Part shown: piece after piece, positions 29,157-38,655 of the stretch
Numbering within the stretch: position 1 is the first letter of the stretch
How the letters are laid out: every line of letters begins with the position of its first letter
Source of the DNA: Candidatus Heimdallarchaeota archaeon
GTDB taxonomy: Archaea; Asgardarchaeota; Heimdallarchaeia; Heimdallarchaeales; Heimdallarchaeaceae
DNA length: 50,608 nt
Assembly: GCA_021399345.1 (NCBI GenBank)
Contig: JAAFKI010000022.1
Coordinates: 1-50,608, forward strand
Direction of reading: 5' to 3'
Program-made: the position numbers and the translations under genes
Notes under the pieces: generated by a model
The model's input: only the letters and a program-made list of their open reading frames with translations
Told to the model about the DNA's origin: nothing
Database searches by the model: none

Positions 29157-30296
29157 ATGGAATGGTTTAAGAAGTTGTTTGAAACGCGGAAAATGATGAG
29201 CTCAAAAGCTGCATTTCAAAGCAAAGAACTTTCAGATAAACTAATTCTTAAAATTCGTGAATTAATGAAACAACTAAATAGAGAGATCCATATTCAACAT
29301 GTATGCGGAACACATGAATATGCAATAATGAAACATGGTTTAAGGTCACTATTACCCGAAAATCTAGTTGTTTCAGCTGGCGTTGGTTGTCCCGTCTGTG
29401 TCTCTAGTGCTCAAGATGTTGATGAAGTTCTTTGGATTGCTGATAATCATAATGTCATTATTGCCACTTTTGGTGATATGATGCGTGTTCCTGGTTCTAA
29501 GGAGTCTCTCTATCAAGCTCAAGGAAGGGGTGTTGACGTTCGCATAGTTTATGGTGTATCTGATGCTATCAAACTTGCAGAACAAACTCCTGATAGAGAT
29601 GTTCTTTTCTTTAGTGTTGGTTTTGAAACTACTTCTTGTGTTACAGCTGCTGAAGTTATTCGTACCACTCTTCCCAATTTCAGTATCTACTCTTCTCACA
29701 AGCTTGTGCCCCCAGCAATGGAACTCTTACTGCAAAGAGATGATTTGGAATTTCAAGGATTTTTAGCTCCGGGTCATGTTTCTACAATTATTGGCGCTAA
29801 GCCTTATGATTTCATTCCTGAAAAATACAATTTTCCTGTAGCAGTTGCTGGTTTTGAACCAGTTGATATTCTTGTAGGTATTTATGCCCTGCTAAAACAA
29901 TTCAATGAAAACACCTCAAGAGTTGATAATATGTACAAACGTTATGTTAGATACGAAGGTAATGTTGCAGCTCTGAAAGCATTGGAAGAAGCTTATGTTG
30001 TTTCTGATGCAAGGTGGAGAGGTTTAGGTGTTTGGCCAGATACAGGTCATGAGATAGCTGATAAATATAGTCATATTGATGCTAAGAAGAAATATGAAAT
30101 CCCTGAGCTTGAGGTTACAGATCTCCATGGTGGTTGTATTTGTGACGAGATATTAGTTGGTAAGTCTAAACCCCATCAATGTAAATTATTTAACAAAGCT
30201 TGTAGACCTGATCATCCAATCGGGGCATGTATGGTTAGTCATGAAGGCACATGTAATGTTGCAGCTACTTACGAAGAGATAATTTGGGAAGATTAG
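29157..30296 (+). CDS. hypD: Hydrogenase formation protein HypD
   Basis: HVCGTHE, GVGCPVCV, TFGDMMRVPG, GFETT, PGHVS, GFEP, GACMVSHEGTC. Start may be 29193. Confidence 0.95.
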   Translation: MEWFKKLFETRKMMSSKAAFQSKELSDKLILKIRELMKQLNREIHIQHVCGTHEYAIMKHGLRSLLPENLVVSAGVGCPVCVSSAQDVDEVLWIADNHNVIIATFGDMMRVPGSKESLYQAQGRGVDVRIVYGVSDAIKLAEQTPDRDVLFFSVGFETTSCVTAAEVIRTTLPNFSIYSSHKLVPPAMELLLQRDDLEFQGFLAPGHVSTIIGAKPYDFIPEKYNFPVAVAGFEPVDILVGIYALLKQFNENTSRVDNMYKRYVRYEGNVAALKALEEAYVVSDARWRGLGVWPDTGHEIADKYSHIDAKKKYEIPELEVTDLHGGCICDEILVGKSKPHQCKLFNKACRPDHPIGACMVSHEGTCNVAATYEEIIWED

Positions 30297-30348
30297 ATGT
30301 TAGATGAAAACAGTTAATTAATGAAGTAAAAATGATGATGTGAGACTT

Positions 30349-30570
30349 ATGTGTTTGGCAATTCCTGGATTGGTCTGTGAGATACTGAATGATAAGAGAG
30401 TAATGGTTGACATTACTGGTGTTAGACGCGAAGCTGATACTACTCTTCTTGAAGAATCTCTAGATATAGGTGATTATGTCTTAGTTCACACAGGCTTCAT
30501 AATTCAGAAACTTGATCCAGAACAAGCTAAAGAAGATTTGAAACTCTGGGATGAGATACTCAGTAGTTGA
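30349..30570 (+). CDS. hypC: Hydrogenase maturation chaperone HypC
   Basis: MCLAIPG...GDYVLVHTGF; start set at the MC dipeptide. Confidence 0.95.
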   Translation: MCLAIPGLVCEILNDKRVMVDITGVRREADTTLLEESLDIGDYVLVHTGFIIQKLDPEQAKEDLKLWDEILSS

Positions 30571-30638
30571 TTTTTCTAAGCATCCTCAAAGGAATAACGA
30601 ATAAGTTAAATAGATTATTGCGGTTATTTTTTATTAGT

Positions 30639-31322
30639 ATGCTGCTCAGAGAAAATGATGCTAATGCACTAATTTTGAGAAATTTCATAGACTTTTCCAA
30701 TAAGACAAATCAGTTCTTTTTAACAAATCTAATGCGAACTAGCCCTGACATTTTTGATGACCACGAATGCATGGGAGAAGCTAAAAGTAAAGTTAATGTT
30801 GTAGAAGGGTTAAAGCTAGTTAAGAGAAGATATAAAATCAACAATATTGATATTGCATATATTATCATTTTAGCTGCAAGAGGATATAAGTTTAGAAATA
30901 TTACTGAAAGAGTTTTTCTCTGTGAAGAAAAAGCCATATTTCCATCTATTGAACACTTTCCACCAATAAAACCCAAGATGGCACATGACTTTGAGATTAA
31001 GACTGCAGTACTAAAAGGAATAATTGATGTTCTTGAAAATGAGAGTGATGACATAGCTGAAAACATAATTGAGTCGGTTCCAGAAATGTTAGAAAAATCC
31101 TATGGAGTTCGATATACAGGAAGATTTCTTTCTATCAATGAATGGATTGATCTCAAAGAAAAAGAAGGAAAATGGGTTTCAGAGGATAGTTTCAGAGTGG
31201 GAAATCAAAGTTTAACACCAATGGTGTTTGGAAGTCTTCTAGTTTTACAAGCTAGAGGATGGCATTTGCAAGAAATTCCCGAAAAATTCAAAGGAAACGA
31301 TTATCTCCTTATCAAAGCTTAA
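30639..31322 (+). CDS. Hypothetical protein within the hydrogenase locus
   Basis: Long ORF between hypC and the hydrogenase genes; no motif recognised; ATG at 30639 preferred. Confidence 0.6.
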   Translation: MLLRENDANALILRNFIDFSNKTNQFFLTNLMRTSPDIFDDHECMGEAKSKVNVVEGLKLVKRRYKINNIDIAYIIILAARGYKFRNITERVFLCEEKAIFPSIEHFPPIKPKMAHDFEIKTAVLKGIIDVLENESDDIAENIIESVPEMLEKSYGVRYTGRFLSINEWIDLKEKEGKWVSEDSFRVGNQSLTPMVFGSLLVLQARGWHLQEIPEKFKGNDYLLIKA

Positions 31323-31437
31323 TCATTTATTGAAGCTTAATTATTGAAGCACTTACTTATAATATTCGCACCTATGCAACACAACCTTTTTTTATGACTG
31401 ATTCTTGATTAACTAAAATGCGATGTGAGGATTTCTT

Positions 31438-31962
31438 ATGAGTGATGTACTCAAAGAACTAGAAGGAATTTTAAATGTAGCTTTACCTGGAAACCTTGTT
31501 GAAGAAGTGATAAAAGTTGAAGAAGGTCATTTTGATGTTATGAGTAATGTGACAAATGCCTTTGAGCTTATGAAAATACTGCGTGAAGATGCAGGTATAT
31601 ATCACCTATCAACAATATCAGGTGTTGAGAAAGATGATGAATTTAATGTTTGTTATCATATTCAACACAGAATAGAAGATGAATTTAGGGAAGTACCGAT
31701 AAATCTCATTATAACTAAAATCGACAAAAACAAACCAAAAACTCCAAGTATGATAGAATTTTTTGTTGCTGCCGATTATTATGAAAGAGAAATTTATGAT
31801 TTTTATGGTATTTACTTTGAAAACCACCCATTCCTGCAAAGGTTAATCTTACCTGAAAGATGGCCAGATGATGTAAAACCAATGCGAAAAGAGTATGGTT
31901 GGGAACAAATCAAGGAAATTACGATGAAAATTACAAAAGAAGGTTTGGAGGAGGCAAAATAA
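31438..31962 (+). CDS. Group 4 [NiFe]-hydrogenase NuoC-like subunit (MbhK/EchD-like)
   Basis: HLSTISGV, TPSM...AADYYEREIYDFYGIYFENHP..RLILPE.WP....PMRK. Confidence 0.88.
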   Translation: MSDVLKELEGILNVALPGNLVEEVIKVEEGHFDVMSNVTNAFELMKILREDAGIYHLSTISGVEKDDEFNVCYHIQHRIEDEFREVPINLIITKIDKNKPKTPSMIEFFVAADYYEREIYDFYGIYFENHPFLQRLILPERWPDDVKPMRKEYGWEQIKEITMKITKEGLEEAK

Positions 31963-33218
31963 TGACAGAACAATACCGATCCAGATTTAGAACCTTAACT
32001 GATGGTAGCGATGCACCACCTGGCGCCGACCATCACATATTTATCGGACCACAACACCCCTGGGCAGAAGAACCAGCTCACTTTATTATCCATTTGAAAG
32101 GAGAAAGAGTGGTTGAAGCTGATATCAGAATAGGTTTCAATCTCAGAGGGATTGAAAAAGCAATGGAAAATAAAACATGGAGACAAAACACCATGTTAAT
32201 TCCTAGAGCTTGTGGTATCTGCAGTGCCGTCCATCAAAATGTTTACGTTCGATTAGCTGAAAAGCTTGCAGGTATTGAAGATCAAATATCTGAAAGAGCA
32301 AAATTAATCCGTATGTTCAGCTTAGAAGCAGAACGTATTCATTCACACATACTTTGGTATGGAATACTTGCTCATGATGCAGGATTCGATACAATGTTAC
32401 ACGTTACATGGAGAGACCGTGAAATTATCTTGGACATTGTAGAAGATTTTAGTGGAAATAGAGTCAATCCAGCTTTGATGCTTATTGGTGGTGTAAAAAG
32501 AGACATTCCAAAGGAAAAAGCAGATAGAGCACAACCTATGTTGGACAAACTAATAAAGCAAGTTGAGTACCATAAGAAAGTATTCACAGAGGAAGCTTCA
32601 ATTAGAAATCGTTTAGAAGATGTAGGTATCTTAATTAAAGAGGATGCAAAGAAAGTAACCCCCAATGGACCTACTGGAAGAGGTTCAGGATTGCCTTTTG
32701 ATGTAAGAAAAGCAACTCCATATGAATTATACGATAAAATTGATTGGAATTTGGTTTATTATACTGAAGGAGACATTTTAGCAACTACTTTGGTTAGGCT
32801 TGATGAAACTTTAGAATCTCTACAAATGTGTAAACAGATTTTGTATCAACTTGAATCTACTCAAGGCGAATTATTAGCAAGAGTTAAACAAAAAATCCCA
32901 GAAGGAAGCTATTTTGCAAGAGGTGAAGCACCAAGAGGTGAGGATGTTCATTATGGTATAGCTAATGGTACAGATACACCAGAAAGATACAAAATAAGAG
33001 CACCATCGCTAGGCAATATTGACGCTACCCTTAAGAGGATGGATGGAGAATATGTGGCTGATATGCCAGTAATTCTTAGAAGCTACGATCCATGTTTCTC
33101 CTGTACAAACAGAGTTATGATAATTAACGAAGTAACAGGAGAAAAAATGATACTGAATCAAGACGAATTTGCTAGAAAAGTCATAAAGGCCAAGAAATAT
33201 AATAGGCCATTTTTCTGA
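31962..33218 (+). CDS. Group 4 [NiFe]-hydrogenase large catalytic subunit (MbhL/EchE-like)
   Basis: GPQHP..EEP, RGIEK, L1 RACGICS..H, EAPRGE, KIRAPS, L2 DPCFSCTNR followed by a cleavable C-terminal extension. Confidence 0.92.
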   Translation: MTEQYRSRFRTLTDGSDAPPGADHHIFIGPQHPWAEEPAHFIIHLKGERVVEADIRIGFNLRGIEKAMENKTWRQNTMLIPRACGICSAVHQNVYVRLAEKLAGIEDQISERAKLIRMFSLEAERIHSHILWYGILAHDAGFDTMLHVTWRDREIILDIVEDFSGNRVNPALMLIGGVKRDIPKEKADRAQPMLDKLIKQVEYHKKVFTEEASIRNRLEDVGILIKEDAKKVTPNGPTGRGSGLPFDVRKATPYELYDKIDWNLVYYTEGDILATTLVRLDETLESLQMCKQILYQLESTQGELLARVKQKIPEGSYFARGEAPRGEDVHYGIANGTDTPERYKIRAPSLGNIDATLKRMDGEYVADMPVILRSYDPCFSCTNRVMIINEVTGEKMILNQDEFARKVIKAKKYNRPFF

Positions 33219-33230
33219 GGTGAAAAGAAG

Positions 33231-33698
33231 ATGAAAAAAATATTAGTAATGGGCAGAGAAGCCCTAAAAAACCACGCAAAAGGACCTGTGACAAAACATG
33301 TTCTAAAGAGGATTGCGGAAAATCCACCACCAGAAGATATCAGAACAATTCCAAGAATTATCGAGGATAGATGTATAATGTGTGGAACATGTGTGAAAGT
33401 TTGTCCAACACATTGTATAGAAATTGAGAAAGATAACAAAGATAATGGAATGATATGGCTATTAAAACCACAATGCATGTGGTGTGGGCATTGCCAAACC
33501 TATTGTCCCGTCGACGCAATTCATATTGATCGAGATCCTAACTTATCTGTTTCACTATTCTCATTCAACATTCATCAAGACTATGAAATGCTTGTTGCCA
33601 AAGGTAGTTACAAAGGTGATGTAGCTGATAAGAAACTAAGTGATCTTATCGAAGCAGGTGGCAAGAAGATCAAAGAAGTAGAGGAATTCCGAGGTTGA
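33231..33698 (+). CDS. NuoI-like 2x[4Fe-4S] subunit (MbhN/EchF-like)
   Basis: CIMCGTCVKVCP and CMWCGHCQTYCP. Confidence 0.88.
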   Translation: MKKILVMGREALKNHAKGPVTKHVLKRIAENPPPEDIRTIPRIIEDRCIMCGTCVKVCPTHCIEIEKDNKDNGMIWLLKPQCMWCGHCQTYCPVDAIHIDRDPNLSVSLFSFNIHQDYEMLVAKGSYKGDVADKKLSDLIEAGGKKIKEVEEFRG

Positions 33699-33703
33699 TT
33701 AAA

Positions 33704-34171
33704 ATGGGTTGGTTAAAAAAATTTGGTGTTAATTGCGCTGTAAGATCTCCATGGATTATCCACATGAATGCAGGTGGATGCAATGGATGTGATATTGAAA
33801 TTGTTGATGCTTTAACTCCGCGTCATGACCTAGAACAATATGGTATCACCCTTCGTGGTACTCCACGTCAAGCTGATGTTCTTGTTATTACAGGACCCGT
33901 TACAGCTCAAGTTGCTGAGAGAGTTAAACGTGTCTATGAACAGATGCCCTTACCTAAATTTGTAGTTGCTGTAGGAAACTGCTGTACTACAGGTGGTGTA
34001 TTCCAAGAATGTCCATTTATTTTAGGTGGAATCGATCATATTCTTCCTATAGACGCTTGGGTTTATGGTTGTCCTCCAAGACCCGAGAATATTGTTGCAG
34101 CTATTGCTACCTTACTAGGTAAGTTAAAAGAAGATCTTATTGGTGTCGAGAAAAAAGAAGTTCCTGCATAG
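33704..34171 (+). CDS. Group 4 [NiFe]-hydrogenase small subunit (NuoB/MbhJ/EchC-like)
   Basis: GGCNGCDIEI, PRQADVL..TGPV, VYEQMP.PK.V.AVGNC, GCPPRPE. Confidence 0.92.
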   Translation: MGWLKKFGVNCAVRSPWIIHMNAGGCNGCDIEIVDALTPRHDLEQYGITLRGTPRQADVLVITGPVTAQVAERVKRVYEQMPLPKFVVAVGNCCTTGGVFQECPFILGGIDHILPIDAWVYGCPPRPENIVAAIATLLGKLKEDLIGVEKKEVPA

Positions 34172-34179
34172 GAATAATC

Positions 34180-34206
34180 TTCCTTTCTTTTTATTTTTAT
34201 TTTGTT
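34180..34206 (+). terminator. Oligo-T archaeal terminator after the hydrogenase operon
   Basis: Several T-runs immediately after the stop codon; the next gene is convergent. Confidence 0.5.
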
Positions 34207-34339
34207 TCTATTTACCCCTAATCTTATTTTCTAATTCCTTTGTATCATAAGAAGGTTCAGTCTTCATTGTTTTTCAGATTAAATTGATATCAAATAAACT
34301 ATTTTGATTTATGTATAGTCAATGATTTTTGTTTCTTGC

Positions 34340-37300
34340 TTACTTTTTTTTACCAAATATCATTTGTTTCTTAATTAAGATTACAACTAATGCCCCTACT
34401 AGAGTAGTCCCTACTAGAGCAATTGAGAAGTACTTTATGAAATGTAAAGAGAATGATAAAACCTCTATAGTAAGAGTGTTCCTATTTGTATTCCCAAAAG
34501 CGTCAAAGAGTATTAAAGCAACAGACATTATTCCAGTTGAATTTACTGGAACTGAGCAAACTATCATACTTCCATTCCATTCTCCGAATGTGTAGAGTTC
34601 ATTATTAATAGTTATAGAATAATTCAAAGGATTACTATCAAAAACATCCCAAAGTGTGATAACCTCTTTCACTGTACTCCATATTTGCAAATCATGCTGA
34701 GCGAGTATAATAGGGGAAACATCATCCCATGTTGGTTTATTGTAGTATAAAGCCTCAATTGCATCTAGTTGAGTGTATTCATTTCCCGCATATTGAATCC
34801 TTATATATCGTGCTTGATCCATTGAAACAGAAGCAAGGTTAAAACTTAGATTACCATTTCCTTCTCCTAAATAAATAAAGGGTGCATCTATATCGTTACT
34901 GAGCCAAACGAAGTAGTCTCCTCCCTTTGCATGAATAATAAAATCATCACCATTTCGATTGAGAATTTCTTCTTGAAAACCCATATCTAATGTTACATAA
35001 CCATTTGTATAACCTTGTACAATCGAAGTAAAATGACCATCTGGTGCACCAAGAGCATTTTCACCGTTTAAATACATTGCTGACCTCTGAACTATCAGAA
35101 AATCAGCATGAGCATCAGCCAAATTCATCCATATCATAACCCAAACTAGTGAAGTAGTAACTCCTGAATTTGCATCTATAACCTCTAAAGTAACATTATG
35201 CTTTCCTGGACCCCACACTTTTGGATCCCAATTACTAATCACGAATTCCAGCAAATTGCCTTGTTTATCACCTTGTAATATTAACTGATCATTATTCCAT
35301 AAAAACCAAGAACATTCCCCATGAATTATCCAAGACAAAGTAATATTACCAATACCATATTGAAAATCGGTTTTCTGATTAACAAAATAAACTACTGGTG
35401 GGGAAGGAGATATGATTAATAGATGCACTTCAGATGAAGCAGTAAAACCTGCATTATCATATGTTTTCAAAGTTATATTATAGAAAGCTTCATCATAATT
35501 AGGTATCAACCAATTTATCTCAATATTCTTCGCTTCCCACTCATTAGATTTATATAAGCTTCCGTTTACATATATTTCCCACTGTTTTGGTGTATTATCA
35601 AAAATATTCCATTGAATGAATGCAACATCACCCCATTCTATCATTATATTTGTTAAAGTGGTGATTATTTGAGGTGGTTCTAGAAGATAAACAGCTGCAA
35701 AAAAAGTTTCATTGTAAATTAAATTTGTATTATTGAAAAGATGCAATTCTACAAGATGTTCTCCCAGTCCTAGGGAATTTAAATCTAGAGCTATATCACT
35801 AGAAATCCAGGATGTTGAGTTAAATAGAACCCCACCTATTGTTAGATTTAGATGTAAAGAAGTTTCGGCTTCTCCATTCCATATTAGAAAAGATTCTGCT
35901 TGTCCAAACTCGATATTTTGTGATCCATTCCGTCTAATATAGAATGGTTTGACATCAATTATAACTGTGCTTTTTGCAGAATGATTAGAATCATTTTCAA
36001 TAATAAGTGTAAGGTTGTAGACCCCTGAGCTAAGAATTCCTAAATTCGCTTCTAAGGAGGTTTTTCTCCAAAATGACGAGAAAAACTGAGTAGCTTCTTT
36101 GAACAATGTACCATTTAGATACAAGCGATAGTGGCATAGTTCTTCAGTTCTACTTCGGAAGTTTGACCATATATCCCATTGAATTTCAGTTTCTTCAATG
36201 GAGTTACTCTCGATATTTCCAACATCTTCAATAAGAGGTGTAAAGGAAAATCTTTCTACTCTGTAGATACTATAATAATAAAAATCACTGTCATAAAATC
36301 CTAGTTGCCAAACAACCTCTCCAGCACTGTTTACTTCAAGAATTTCAGCATTGTGACTGCTTGCAGAATGATGCATCTCTCCAAAAGTTCCTAAACGATT
36401 ACCATTTGGTAATCTATCAGCATCGCCCCAAATGCTTGAGTAAAATTCTTCTGGAGCTGAATAAGACCAGCTCTCATTAGCTGTCTTTTTCTCTTCATTA
36501 ATTGTTATTTCCACAATTCGTGAAATTGGAATGTCTGGATTTGTTTGATTGTGAAAATCATTATCAAATAAAATTATAGTTTCTTCATCAACCCATTCAG
36601 AAGCATGTGAATGATAAAACAAAGATGTTTTTAATTGACCATGTCTATCATATAAATCAAAATCACCATATTCCCCAAGCGCCCAAATAACTTCAGAACT
36701 AGTATGGTTTATTTTATAGATAGTGTTTAAATTCCTACAAGATAATAGAAGGGTGTCATCTTTGGGATTATAGTTAATAGAATTACAGTGAGTAACAGAA
36801 CGAGCATTCCAATTGATATCCTGGAAAGGACACCATTGAGTGTGTGAAACAAATGATTGGGTAGAAACTGACCATACAATGTTACCTTCTAGATCATATT
36901 CTACAATTTCATCAAAAAGATATTCGAATCCGTCAATTTCACTAACAACATGTTTCAGTGTGAAAAAGGTGTTGGAATTACTATTATACTCATAATCGTG
37001 ATGACCATTGAAACTCAATGATTGGGTTGTATTTCTAAAAAAATTCCACAGAAAAGGTGTGTGTATTCCGCCGATAACAGCTGTAGTTGAGTTGATGAAT
37101 TTAGCAACGGAGTAAACCAATGCTGAAGCGGATCCCAGAAACATTTTTGAGATTATATTGCCTTCCATATCTATAACAACTAGATGTATTTCTTGAACAT
37201 GAGTAACCCTATTGGTTTTATCAAGAACCATTAAATTATAACTATCATAATAATCTCCAGAAGATGAAACATTAAATTCACTTTCATCTAAAGAACCTAT

Positions 37301-37522
37301 GGGTGGTATTTGAGAACTTAATTCATTGCTGTTGTAATCTATGTCTACAATACTTGAAGTTTTAATTTTAGTATCTCTAAAAGAGAGGGGAAGGTTTTCT
37401 AGATGCATTTTTGATAGAAAGTATGAATTAAAGAGAGAAATCAGAATTATCACTATAACAAGAATACCAATAAGTTGGTGCAATTTGTTTCTATTTCCAA
37501 TGATAATTCTATCTCCTCGCAT
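34340..37522 (-). CDS. Large surface arylsulfate sulfotransferase (ASST)-like protein with Ig-like repeats and C-terminal TM
   Basis: HHDY, THCNSI, LSCRN, HSHA, LFDN, WGDADRLPNGNRL propeller motifs; repeated W.I.D..P..W.I..NG....G.YN.TL modules; TM plus KKK tail. Confidence 0.78.
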   Translation of the reverse strand: MRGDRIIIGNRNKLHQLIGILVIVIILISLFNSYFLSKMHLENLPLSFRDTKIKTSSIVDIDYNSNELSSQIPPIGSLDESEFNVSSSGDYYDSYNLMVLDKTNRVTHVQEIHLVVIDMEGNIISKMFLGSASALVYSVAKFINSTTAVIGGIHTPFLWNFFRNTTQSLSFNGHHDYEYNSNSNTFFTLKHVVSEIDGFEYLFDEIVEYDLEGNIVWSVSTQSFVSHTQWCPFQDINWNARSVTHCNSINYNPKDDTLLLSCRNLNTIYKINHTSSEVIWALGEYGDFDLYDRHGQLKTSLFYHSHASEWVDEETIILFDNDFHNQTNPDIPISRIVEITINEEKKTANESWSYSAPEEFYSSIWGDADRLPNGNRLGTFGEMHHSASSHNAEILEVNSAGEVVWQLGFYDSDFYYYSIYRVERFSFTPLIEDVGNIESNSIEETEIQWDIWSNFRSRTEELCHYRLYLNGTLFKEATQFFSSFWRKTSLEANLGILSSGVYNLTLIIENDSNHSAKSTVIIDVKPFYIRRNGSQNIEFGQAESFLIWNGEAETSLHLNLTIGGVLFNSTSWISSDIALDLNSLGLGEHLVELHLFNNTNLIYNETFFAAVYLLEPPQIITTLTNIMIEWGDVAFIQWNIFDNTPKQWEIYVNGSLYKSNEWEAKNIEINWLIPNYDEAFYNITLKTYDNAGFTASSEVHLLIISPSPPVVYFVNQKTDFQYGIGNITLSWIIHGECSWFLWNNDQLILQGDKQGNLLEFVISNWDPKVWGPGKHNVTLEVIDANSGVTTSLVWVMIWMNLADAHADFLIVQRSAMYLNGENALGAPDGHFTSIVQGYTNGYVTLDMGFQEEILNRNGDDFIIHAKGGDYFVWLSNDIDAPFIYLGEGNGNLSFNLASVSMDQARYIRIQYAGNEYTQLDAIEALYYNKPTWDDVSPIILAQHDLQIWSTVKEVITLWDVFDSNPLNYSITINNELYTFGEWNGSMIVCSVPVNSTGIMSVALILFDAFGNTNRNTLTIEVLSFSLHFIKYFSIALVGTTLVGALVVILIKKQMIFGKKK

Positions 37523-37580
37523 TGCTAAAAAATGAAATAAAGGAATATTTAACTTTTTGTGAAAAAAATATGTGAGAAGG

Positions 37581-38453
37581 TTATCTCTTTTTTCTTCTCA
37601 GTAATACAATCAAAGCTATGAAAGACAATCCCAGTACATTATAACTCCAATTATATGGAATTAAAGAGCCTTTCAATTCTAGTAAGAAATGGAAATAACC
37701 TATTTCCTCTTCGATTACTACCTCACTTACTCTTTCAAAATACTCATAATCTATGAAGAATTTACTCTCCACTAACAATCCTGTATCGATATCTACTGAA
37801 TTTTTAATCGTAGCTTCGAGGTATTCAAGATCTTTATCAGTTCCTGGTCCTTCCACAAGGTTGCGTTCATACATATACAATTCTGAATAAAAAATATCTT
37901 CTTCTAGTGTAAAACCTACACTATAAACATAATCATACATATATGTTGTATCACCATAGCTATATGTTTCATGATCTTCTCCACTATATCCATAATCTCC
38001 TATCTCCTCATAGAGAGATTCGTAAAGACCATAAGTACCAGTAGCGTTTGTGTAATCTACAGGGGAAATAAAGGGCATTTCATGACCGTATATACCGTAG
38101 ATCCAAAAAACAAGCGAAATATCCGAAGGATCTGTTACATTAACATCATTAACATAGACATTATACCATATTTCTCCTATTCCTGCTTCATCTGGATCTT
38201 TCATAATTAATACTTCAATTTTATCTCCTTGCACAAGATCGATATCACCTATATGCATGTAATTTGCATAATAAAGATAGGATTCTCCTTGTTCTTCCAA
38301 AGTGGTAACTTTCCATTTGAACGTTTTACCTTGTTTGACTTCATCAGAATAAATCAGAGTCCCTGAAGGGTAATCGGCGAAATTTGTAATTGGGCAGAAT
38401 ACAAGAGAGACCAATAAAAGTAAGTCGATTAATAAAATATTTTTCTTTTTCAT
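37581..38453 (-). CDS. Secreted surface protein with C-terminal TM and RRKKR tail
   Basis: Signal peptide, acidic/Tyr-rich body, C-terminal IPYNW..VLGLSFIALIVLLRRKKR. Confidence 0.75.
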   Translation of the reverse strand: MKKKNILLIDLLLLVSLVFCPITNFADYPSGTLIYSDEVKQGKTFKWKVTTLEEQGESYLYYANYMHIGDIDLVQGDKIEVLIMKDPDEAGIGEIWYNVYVNDVNVTDPSDISLVFWIYGIYGHEMPFISPVDYTNATGTYGLYESLYEEIGDYGYSGEDHETYSYGDTTYMYDYVYSVGFTLEEDIFYSELYMYERNLVEGPGTDKDLEYLEATIKNSVDIDTGLLVESKFFIDYEYFERVSEVVIEEEIGYFHFLLELKGSLIPYNWSYNVLGLSFIALIVLLRRKKR

Positions 38454-38655
38454 TCTTTCACCTTTTAAGACAAATTTAAAGCTAAACTAAGCCATACTAG
38501 TATCACATCTAGGATTATAAGTATTTTCCAGATAAAACGACACTTTATTCTATTAGAAGAACTAATTCTTTCTTCTAGATATGAATAAGTATTAGATAAT
38601 TATTTTTTTCTTCTTTTTATTTCCATAACTTATCAAAAAAACTATTCTGAATGTT

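Noticed and set aside
29157-34171. Selenocysteine recoding in hydrogenase or Hyp genes
   Set aside because: All ligand positions are Cys codons in uninterrupted frames; no in-frame TGA is needed.
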